63,650 nt of DNA from Phycisphaerae bacterium (lineage in GTDB: Bacteria; Planctomycetota; Phycisphaerae; UBA1845): the NCBI GenBank assembly GCA_040235375.1, contig JBECKQ010000254.1, positions 1-63,650 of the forward strand. The letters are read 5' to 3'. The notes below the pieces were generated by a model. It searched no databases. It had not been told where the DNA came from and saw only the letters and a program-made list of their open reading frames with translations. Numbering within the stretch: position 1 is the first letter of the stretch; the number at the start of each line of letters is the position of its first letter. Positions 1 to 7,475 of the stretch are shown piece after piece. Made by a program: the position numbers and the translations under genes.

Positions 1-1
1 G

Positions 2-508
2 CAGATCAAGGCGGTTACGGATACAGCGGTGAAGTTCGGCCTGATCGACCGCATCATCGAGCTCGAACCCGGCGAGCGGATCGTCGCAGCCAAGGCGGTG
101 TCGCTGGCAGAGGAATACCTGGCCGACCACTTCCCGTCGTTTCCCGTTTTGCCGGGTGTGCTGATGCTCGAGGCCATGACCGAATCGGCGGCGTGGCTCG
201 TGCGCAGCAGCGAGAACTTCGCTCACAGCATGATCTTGCTAGCCGAGGCGAAAAACGTTACATATCGAAGTTTCGTGAAACCCGGTCACGTTCTCCGGGT
301 GGAGGTAAGCTGTCGCCGGATGGCGCAGTGTGACAGCGACTTCGCCGGTGTCGGGCTCTGTGACGGTCGGGAAGTGGTGAAAGCGCGGTTCACGTTGCGG
401 CACTTCAACCTGGCCGAGACCGATGAGGCGATGGCATCGAGCGATTCCCGGATCATCGACGGTTTGCGGGCCCGGTTTGCCCTGCTGCATGACAAGCCGG
501 GACCTTGA
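2..508 (+). CDS. FabZ/FabA-like 3-hydroxyacyl-ACP dehydratase (hotdog fold); the N-terminus may run off the window
   Basis: ORF track gives 29..508 and the frame stays open back to nt 2. The catalytic-His region 'LADHFPSFPVLPGVLMLEAM' is typical of FabZ. It is the first gene of the tight DH-ACP-DH-KS-KS block. Confidence 0.8.
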   Translation, partial: QIKAVTDTAVKFGLIDRIIELEPGERIVAAKAVSLAEEYLADHFPSFPVLPGVLMLEAMTESAAWLVRSSENFAHSMILLAEAKNVTYRSFVKPGHVLRVEVSCRRMAQCDSDFAGVGLCDGREVVKARFTLRHFNLAETDEAMASSDSRIIDGLRARFALLHDKPGP

Positions 509-609
509 ATATGAACGTGCGGCGGCCGGCACATGTACCGGGAACGGCCGCTCGACGCGGGTCGGCGCCCCCGCCTCAGCGGGGCAGGTGTTGTAGGAGG
601 TTCGCTGCA

Positions 610-999
610 ATGGCGATGAGTCGCGAAGAGGTCTTCGGTAGAGTCAAGGGAGTGTTGGTCGAAGCTCTCGGCGTCGATGACGACGAAGTGACGGAGTCCG
701 CCACGCTGACGAACGATCTGGGAGCGGAGAGCATCGATTTTCTCGACATCGTCTTCCGCCTCGAAAAGGACTTCGGCATCAAGATCCCCCGGGGCGAGCT
801 CTTTCCGACCGACTTGCTGAGCAATCCGGAATACGTGGAGAACGGCCGCATGACGCCGCGAGGCCTCGAAAAGCTGCAGGAGGCCATGCCCCATGCCGAT
901 CTCTCCGCCTTCGCCAAGGACCCGGACGTGTCGAAGATGCAGGACCATTTCACGGTCGGCACCATCGTCAACTACGTTCAAAGCAAGCTTGCCGCGTGA
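610..999 (+). CDS. Acyl carrier protein (long form, about 130 aa)
   Basis: In-frame ATG at 610 is preceded by AGGAGG at 595-600. The phosphopantetheine-attachment region 'LTNDLGAESIDFLDIVFRLEKDFG' matches the DSxD-type Ser motif. About 60 aa follow the ACP core. Confidence 0.8.
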   Translation: MAMSREEVFGRVKGVLVEALGVDDDEVTESATLTNDLGAESIDFLDIVFRLEKDFGIKIPRGELFPTDLLSNPEYVENGRMTPRGLEKLQEAMPHADLSAFAKDPDVSKMQDHFTVGTIVNYVQSKLAA

Positions 1000-1005
1000 C
1001 CTCTC

Positions 1006-1485
1006 ATGCGATGGATCTGGATTGACGCGTTCACCGAGTTCGAATCGGGCAAGCGCGCCAGGGCGATCAAGAACGTCACGCTTGCCGAAGATCATCTGCA
1101 CGATCACTTCCCCGGCTACCCCGTGCTTCCCCCGAGCCTGATGATCGAGGGGATGGCCCAGACGGCGGGAATCCTCGTCGGCGAGGCGCGCTCGTTCCAG
1201 GAGAAAGTCATTCTTGCCAAGGTCCGACAGGCGCGAATTGACGAGTATTGCGTTCCGGGTGACCAGGTGACGTACGAGGCCGTCGTCGACTCGCTCGAAG
1301 AGGCCGCGGCCACCATTCAGGGAACGGTCTATCGCAACGGCCGCCAAATCGGTAGCATATCGCTGATGTTTTCCCACGTGGACCGGGCGGCGAGAGAACT
1401 CGATCTGCCCGAGCATAATTTCGTGTTCCACGACCAGTTCATGAGCCTGCTGCGCCTGTACCGAATCAGCGCGCGGCATGAGTAG
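1006..1485 (+). CDS. Second FabZ/FabA-like hotdog dehydratase
   Basis: Carries 'LHDHFPGYPVLPPSLMIEGMAQ'. It starts 6 nt after the ACP stop. Confidence 0.8.
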   Translation: MRWIWIDAFTEFESGKRARAIKNVTLAEDHLHDHFPGYPVLPPSLMIEGMAQTAGILVGEARSFQEKVILAKVRQARIDEYCVPGDQVTYEAVVDSLEEAAATIQGTVYRNGRQIGSISLMFSHVDRAARELDLPEHNFVFHDQFMSLLRLYRISARHE

Positions 1486-1494
1486 GGCCGGCGA

Positions 1495-2835
1495 ATGAAG
1501 CAGGAAAGACGTGTTGTCATCACAGGTTGCGGCGTTGCCACCCCGTTCGGATTGGGCATCGACCGGCTTTGGGATGGGCTGAACGCCCGGCGCAGCGGAA
1601 TCCGGCGGATCGAAAGCTTCGATCCTTCCGGCATGGCGTGCACCATCGGCGGTGAGGTTCCGCCGTTCAAGATGGGCGATGTCGTGCCCAAGGCCTACCG
1701 CAAGAGCACGAAGGTCATGGCCCGCGACATCGAGCTCGCCGTCGCCTGTGCCTATGAGGCCGCGAAGGACGCGTCGCTCAAAACCCGATGTATGATCGAT
1801 CGCGGTGAGGCCGAGGGCCCGCCGTCCGTGCCTTCCACGCGCTTCGGCGCCAACATCGGCGCGGGCCTGATCTGCGCCGATCTTCCCGAGCTTGCCGGTG
1901 CCTTGCAGGCTTGCGGCGATCCTGGCGACGGCCGCTTCGATCTGAGGCAGTGGGGGCGCGAAGGCATGGAGAGCCTCACCCCGCTCTGGCTGCTCAAGTT
2001 TCTGCCCAACATGCTCGGCTGCCACGTCACGATCGTGCATGATGCCCAGGCACCCTCGAACACGATCACCTGCGGCGAAGCCAGCGGGCATCTCGCCATC
2101 GGGGAGGCGTTCCGCACGATTGCGCGCGGCGCGGCCGATGTCTGCATCTGCGGTGGCGCCGAGAGCAAGATGAATCCCATGGGAGTCTTGCGGCAGGAAC
2201 TCGTCGGCCGACTCGTGACCGGGCACGATGATCAGCCCGATCGCGCCTGCCGGCCGTTCGACGCCTCGGTCGACGGCACCGTGGCGGCGGAATGCGGCGG
2301 CCTGCTGATTCTCGAGGAGCTCGAGTTCGCTCGCGCCCGCGGCGCACGGGTCTATGCCGAGGTTGTCGGCTTCGGCGCGTCGGCCAACATCGCAAGCTGG
2401 CACGACCCCGAGCCGGAGGGCACCGGCATCGTTCATGCTCTCGAAGGCGCGCTGGAAGACGCCGGCATCATGCCCGCCGCCGTCGATCTGATCACCACGT
2501 TCGGCGTCGGCTGCAACGCCTTCGACGCCATGGAGCTGGCCGCCCTCACAAAAGTCTTCAGGGGCCGCAGCAACATGCCTGCCGTCGCCGTCAAGGGTTC
2601 GATGGGCAACGGCGGCGCGGGTTCCGGCGCCGTCGACGTGGCAGCGACCGCGCTGGCTCTCCACAACAACACGGTGCCGCCGTCGCTCAACACCGAGACG
2701 GCCGACACGGGCGGTCTGTTGAAGTTCGCCGACGCCGATCCGTACGACGCTCGGATCAATGTCGCCCTCAGCACGGCGTACGCACTGAGCGGCAACCAGA
2801 CCGCCGCGATCATCATCCGCAAATACGAAGGATAA
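1495..2835 (+). CDS. Beta-ketoacyl synthase-fold protein lacking the catalytic triad (chain-length-factor-like)
   Basis: KS N-terminus 'RVVITGCGVATPFG'. 'TCGEASGHLAIGEAF' sits where FabF has 'ACATGTHAIGDAF', giving Glu at the nucleophile position. 'FGVGC' replaces HGTGT and 'GSMGNGGAGSG' replaces GHxxGAAG. Confidence 0.85.
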   Translation: MKQERRVVITGCGVATPFGLGIDRLWDGLNARRSGIRRIESFDPSGMACTIGGEVPPFKMGDVVPKAYRKSTKVMARDIELAVACAYEAAKDASLKTRCMIDRGEAEGPPSVPSTRFGANIGAGLICADLPELAGALQACGDPGDGRFDLRQWGREGMESLTPLWLLKFLPNMLGCHVTIVHDAQAPSNTITCGEASGHLAIGEAFRTIARGAADVCICGGAESKMNPMGVLRQELVGRLVTGHDDQPDRACRPFDASVDGTVAAECGGLLILEELEFARARGARVYAEVVGFGASANIASWHDPEPEGTGIVHALEGALEDAGIMPAAVDLITTFGVGCNAFDAMELAALTKVFRGRSNMPAVAVKGSMGNGGAGSGAVDVAATALALHNNTVPPSLNTETADTGGLLKFADADPYDARINVALSTAYALSGNQTAAIIIRKYEG

Positions 2836-2839
2836 TCCC

Positions 2840-4138
2840 GTGTCCAGACGAACGGTTATTACCGGAATGGGTTGGGTGACGCCGCTCGGCTGCGACATCG
2901 AGCAGGTCTGGAAGCGCCTGCTCCGTGGCGAGAGCGGGATTCGCCTGACGACTCGGTTCGATGCCTCCACGTTTCCGACGCAGTTCTCCGCCGAAGTGAA
3001 GGACCTCGACTTCGAGGCCATCGTCGGCCCCGAGCTCGCCGCGCGCCACGCTACGGCCAGCCTGAACTCGCGCTTCGCACTCGCCGCCGCGAAGATGGCC
3101 TGGGCCAACTCCGGGCTCGAGGCAGACCCGCCGAAGCGCACCAACCGCGTCGGCGTCTACTTCGGTGGTGGCGAAGGCCCGTTGGATTTCACGAACTTTG
3201 CCGCGGCCGCTGTCTGCGGGTGGGATCGGGACAACGCCACGCTCGATGCGAAAAAGTGGGCGGGAATCGCCCGGGCCAAGCTCGATCGCCTTCGCGAACT
3301 CGAGCAGGATCCCAACATGGCCGCCAGCCACGTGGCCTGCATGCTCCGCGCCCAGGGGCCGAATCTCAACACGCTCACGGCCTGCGCCGCCAGCACGCAG
3401 GCCATGGGCGAGGCGACGTGCATCATCCGCCGTGGTGACGCCGACATCATGATCTCCGGCGGTACGCACAGCATGATTCACCCCCTCGGCACGACGGGCT
3501 TCAACCGGCTGACCGCCTTGTCAACGCGAAACGACGCGTATGAATCGGCTTCCCGGCCGTTCGATCGAACACGCGACGGCTTCGTCCTGGGCGAAGGCTC
3601 CGCGATCATCATTCTCGAAGAGCTCGAGCACGCCCGTGCCCGCGGCGCAAACGTCCTCGCCGAGATTGTGGGTTACGGCTCCACCGCCGACGCTTTCCGA
3701 ATCACCGACATCCACGAGACCGGCCGCGGCGCCATTGCCGCCATGCGCCTGGCCATCGAAAACGCCGGCCTCACCATCAACGACATCGACTACATCAACG
3801 CCCACGGAACCGGTACCGAGGAAAACGACAAGATCGAAACGCTCGCCATCCGCAGCCTCTTCGGCGACCGGGCCACGAGAGTCCCCATCAGCAGCGTCAA
3901 GAGCATGATGGGCCACCTGATCGCCGCCGCCGGCGCCATGGAGATGATCACCTGCGTGCTGGCCATCCGCGACGGCATCATTCCACCGACCATCAACTAC
4001 GAAAACCCCGACCCGAACTGCGACCTCGATTACGTGCCCAACAAGGCCCGCCCGGCCAAGGTGGAGATCGCCCTGTCCAACAGCTTCGGCTTCGGCGGCC
4101 AGAACGACACGCTGGTCGTCCGCAGGTTCAAGGACTAG
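2840..4138 (+). CDS. Beta-ketoacyl-ACP synthase (FabF/KAS II-like, catalytically intact)
   Basis: Active-site Cys in 'LTACAASTQAMGEA', first His in 'NAHGTGTEENDKIE', second His in 'SVKSMMGHLIAAAGA'. It starts 4 nt after the preceding KS-like gene. Confidence 0.9.
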   Translation: MSRRTVITGMGWVTPLGCDIEQVWKRLLRGESGIRLTTRFDASTFPTQFSAEVKDLDFEAIVGPELAARHATASLNSRFALAAAKMAWANSGLEADPPKRTNRVGVYFGGGEGPLDFTNFAAAAVCGWDRDNATLDAKKWAGIARAKLDRLRELEQDPNMAASHVACMLRAQGPNLNTLTACAASTQAMGEATCIIRRGDADIMISGGTHSMIHPLGTTGFNRLTALSTRNDAYESASRPFDRTRDGFVLGEGSAIIILEELEHARARGANVLAEIVGYGSTADAFRITDIHETGRGAIAAMRLAIENAGLTINDIDYINAHGTGTEENDKIETLAIRSLFGDRATRVPISSVKSMMGHLIAAAGAMEMITCVLAIRDGIIPPTINYENPDPNCDLDYVPNKARPAKVEIALSNSFGFGGQNDTLVVRRFKD

Positions 4139-4244
4139 AGGCTGGATTGTGGCACACGCTTCCAGCCCGTGATTCACGGGCAAGATGCCCGCGCCACTTT
4201 GCCGAAGCAGGCGAATCGGCGACAGCCTTGACTAAGGTGACAGC

Positions 4245-5225
4245 ATGAACGAACGCCAGCTAGCGGTTGACGCGGTCTTGAAGGCGTGCCGGCTGTGCAA
4301 CGCCGTGCATCGTGGCCTGATTTCCGCGGGGACGTTGGACAAGAAGGATCGCTCGCCGGTTACGGTCGCCGACTTTGGCGTGCAGGCCGTCGTTACCGCG
4401 GAGCTGCGTCGCCGGCTTGGCGACATGCCCATCGTCGGCGAGGAGGAGGCCGGCGCCCTTCGCAAGGAGGAGAACGCCGGCGTTCGCGACCTCGTCATCG
4501 GCCACGTCCGCGCCATCCTGCCCGATCTCGACGACGACACGATTCTCGCACAAATCGACTACGGACGTTACGCCGGCGGCCCCACCGGCCGGCACTGGGC
4601 CCTTGACCCGATCGACGGCACCAAGGGCTTCCTCCGCGGCGATCAGTACGCCATCGCCCTCGGCCTGATCGACAACGGTCAGGTCGTGCTCGGTGTGCTC
4701 GGCTGCCCGAACCTGCCGCTGCGCCTGGGCCAGCCGGACAGCCCTCGCGGCTGCCTGTTCGTCGGTGAGAAGGACCGCCCGGCGGTGATGCGCGCCATCG
4801 ACGGCGACAGCGAGACGCCGATCCACGTGTCGAACATCGACGATCCGTCCCGGGCGTCGTTCTGCGAATCGGTTGAGAAGGAGCACACCAAGCAGAGCGA
4901 CAGCGCCCGTGTGGCCGCGATACTCGGCGTGACCGCCGAGCCCGTTCGCATCGACAGTCAGTGCAAGTACGGCGTGACCGCCCGCGGCGAGAGCTCGATC
5001 TACCTGCGCATGCCCACGCGCGCCGACTACGAGGAGCGCATCTGGGACCACGCTGCGGGTTGGGCGGTGATCAAGTCCGCCGGCGGTGAGGTCACCGACA
5101 TCCACGGCAAGCCGCTGGATTTCTCCTTGGGAACAACCCTAAGAAGCAACAAGGGCGTGGTCGCCACCAACGGCTGTCTGCACCAGCGCGTCATCGACGC
5201 TATCGACAAGGCCATCTCGCTGTAA
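4245..5225 (+). CDS. 3'(2'),5'-bisphosphate nucleotidase (inositol monophosphatase superfamily, HAL2/CysQ-like)
   Basis: Motifs 'IVGEEEAG' and 'WALDPIDGTKGFLRG'. Confidence 0.85.
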   Translation: MNERQLAVDAVLKACRLCNAVHRGLISAGTLDKKDRSPVTVADFGVQAVVTAELRRRLGDMPIVGEEEAGALRKEENAGVRDLVIGHVRAILPDLDDDTILAQIDYGRYAGGPTGRHWALDPIDGTKGFLRGDQYAIALGLIDNGQVVLGVLGCPNLPLRLGQPDSPRGCLFVGEKDRPAVMRAIDGDSETPIHVSNIDDPSRASFCESVEKEHTKQSDSARVAAILGVTAEPVRIDSQCKYGVTARGESSIYLRMPTRADYEERIWDHAAGWAVIKSAGGEVTDIHGKPLDFSLGTTLRSNKGVVATNGCLHQRVIDAIDKAISL

Positions 5226-5431
5226 ATTCGCCGCGCCGTCGTCGCGCCATCGCACGAGGGGGGCTGGCGAGGCCTGACCCGAAGGGGCAGGCTCCGGGTT
5301 GGATGATTCCCGTTCGCGTCAACCGCGGCCTGACTTCGGCAGATCGTGCCACCCGACGAATACCCCGTCTACTCCGTCCAGCGCCGTGCTCGCAGGGCCT
5401 CGCCTCCGGCGAGACCGCGCCACCCGGGCAT

Positions 5432-6832
5432 TCACCAGCCGTAGATTTCCATGAATGCGCCGAAGTCCACGAGGTCCACGTCACTGTCGCCATCGACGTC
5501 GAACACGCGCAGGCAATCGGCGCTGCCGAAAAGCGGATTGACCGGTACAGGTGCGGTGTTCGGCCCGGCCAGGCATTTGGCGATGAAGCTGAGGTCCGTT
5601 GCATCGACGGCGCCGTCGGCGTTGGCGTCGCCGTAGGGCGGCGAGCAGGGATCGACGAACATCTCCTGGAGCTCGTCCCACAGCTCCGGCCGCGTGCCAT
5701 CGTAATTGAGCGCCCACATTCCCACGCCTTGCAGGTTGTGATCGATCGCGAACTGATACTTGAGGCCCAGGCTCTCGGCGTCGTCGTACCAGACCTGGTG
5801 CCAGGTCGAACCTTCCTGGTATCGATACCACGGAGTCTGCGACGTGGCATCCCACAGCCGGCCGTACGTCTGCGCCGCGGGCTCGTCGTTCTTGAACCTC
5901 GTAGAGCCTTGCCAGGCAATCACGCTCGATCGGGGGCTGGAGGACGTGGTCGTCCAATGCCCCCCGTAATACGGCAGGCCGAGGATCAGCTTCTCCGGAT
6001 GGTTCTGCGTGACTGCGCCGTACTCGTCGAGCACGGTGTCGGTGATGTTGATGCTGCCGCCGGTCAATGGGGAGTTCGGCCCCGAGGTCGAGCTCCAACT
6101 GCCCCAGAAGGCGTAGCCCATGATGAAGATGCCGTCGCAACTGTCGGCCAGGGCAGTCAGGTTGAAGGCGCTGCTCCAGTTGACGGCTGGCCCGTCGAAC
6201 GTGACCTCGCTGCCGGGCAGTTCGGCATGGAGGTAGGCGGTGAGCGCGGCCATGAACGTGTGGACCTGGCCGCGCCACGTGGCCGCGCCGCTGCCGCCAT
6301 TTTCGAAGTCGATGTTGAGCCCGTCGGCACTGCCTTCGAGCATTTTGTTCTTGATGTTGACGAAGAAGTTGTTCGTGTACGTGGTGTTGTTGATCAGCGT
6401 GTTGATGGAATCGTTGTCGAACAGCGTCGCCGTGAGGATGACCTTCACGCCGTTAGCGTGGGCGGAGTTGATGACGCTCGTCCAGGGCCAGCCGTGGTCG
6501 TTGCCCAGTGTCCCGCTCGCGTTGACTTCCACAGAGAAACAGGCGACGTGCGTGATCAGGTCCCAGTGGATGTTCGCGGCGCTCTCCCAGTACGGGAGGA
6601 ACCCGAAGATCGTTGCACACGGGCCCACCTCCCCCGTACTTTGGGCGAGCGGCATGATCGGCGCCGTTCGATCGCCGATAAGGCTCGGGTCTGTCGGTGT
6701 CGCACGGTGCAGCTCGAGGGCACGCTGGTGCAGACTGCTGCTGCGCGATATTGGCGCTGCAACGCTGCCGGCGACGACGGGCCCGGCCACAAGCAGGGCA
6801 ACAAGCACGGTGAGATGGATCGATCGGCCCAT
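5432..6832 (-). CDS. Secreted GH18 glycoside hydrolase (chitinase-like) with C-terminal dockerin-type repeats
   Basis: GH18 catalytic motif 'ADGLNIDFENGG' (DxxDxDxE). C-terminus has 'DANADGAVDATDL' and 'DVDGDSDVDLVDF'. Start chosen at the ATG at 6832, which has AAGGAG 9 nt upstream and gives the signal peptide 'MGRSIHLTVLVALLVAG'. Confidence 0.85.
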   Translation of the reverse strand: MGRSIHLTVLVALLVAGPVVAGSVAAPISRSSSLHQRALELHRATPTDPSLIGDRTAPIMPLAQSTGEVGPCATIFGFLPYWESAANIHWDLITHVACFSVEVNASGTLGNDHGWPWTSVINSAHANGVKVILTATLFDNDSINTLINNTTYTNNFFVNIKNKMLEGSADGLNIDFENGGSGAATWRGQVHTFMAALTAYLHAELPGSEVTFDGPAVNWSSAFNLTALADSCDGIFIMGYAFWGSWSSTSGPNSPLTGGSINITDTVLDEYGAVTQNHPEKLILGLPYYGGHWTTTSSSPRSSVIAWQGSTRFKNDEPAAQTYGRLWDATSQTPWYRYQEGSTWHQVWYDDAESLGLKYQFAIDHNLQGVGMWALNYDGTRPELWDELQEMFVDPCSPPYGDANADGAVDATDLSFIAKCLAGPNTAPVPVNPLFGSADCLRVFDVDGDSDVDLVDFGAFMEIYGW

Positions 6833-7475
6833 GAATCCGGGCTCCTTGTCAAAGCCAAAGAAAACGACCACCGCAATCCAGGGGGGACGGAGTCAGCACT
6901 ATGATTGTAACGCAATGCCTCGGCCGATTCGACTGCCTGTGCGCCCATCCGATACGTTACTTTCATTTGATGTCCAAAGTGTGGCCGGGGAGCATCGCGA
7001 CTTATCCACGCGATGATGATCGCATGATACCGCTCTTATCCGGCAACAGCGAGATATCGGCCGCGGCTGAGTCGCCGTTGTGTCGTCGATGACACATCGT
7101 GTCACTTATCTCCGGCGTGCCGCCCCGCATCTCGAAACGAAATGGGGCGGCGGTCCGTAACCGGCGCCGATACCTGTAGGACTGGGCTCCGTATGTACGC
7201 GCTCTCGTCGTACCAGCCAGTCTCGTCAATCGCCGAACCAGTGGCCTATCGCCGTTTCTTCTCGGTGAAACTGTTTCAGTGTGCGGGATCGAATGGCGTC
7301 GCCTTCGACCGGTGTGAATGTCCAGTTGACCGGCCGGCATGTATGTGGAATTATGCTGGCCGAATATCCGCGAGCGGCGCCTGACCTAGCTTCGTTCCTG
7401 AACAGTAAAGTCGCCTGCCAGCGGAGCAATACGACCCGCCGTTGAAGCAGGCGCGCAACATGCGCCGGAAAGGAT

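Noticed and set aside
286-3144. 952-aa ORF on the minus strand spanning the whole DH-ACP-DH-KS region
   Set aside because: It is antisense to five genes with clear family motifs. Its translation is Arg/Ala/Gly/Pro-rich low-complexity sequence typical of stop-poor antisense frames in high-GC DNA.
7079-7096. Inverted repeat TGTGTC-N6-GACACA in the GH18/GH3 divergent intergenic region, as a possible operator
   Set aside because: The arms are only 6 bp and there is no adjacent regulator gene. It cannot be distinguished from chance without comparative data.
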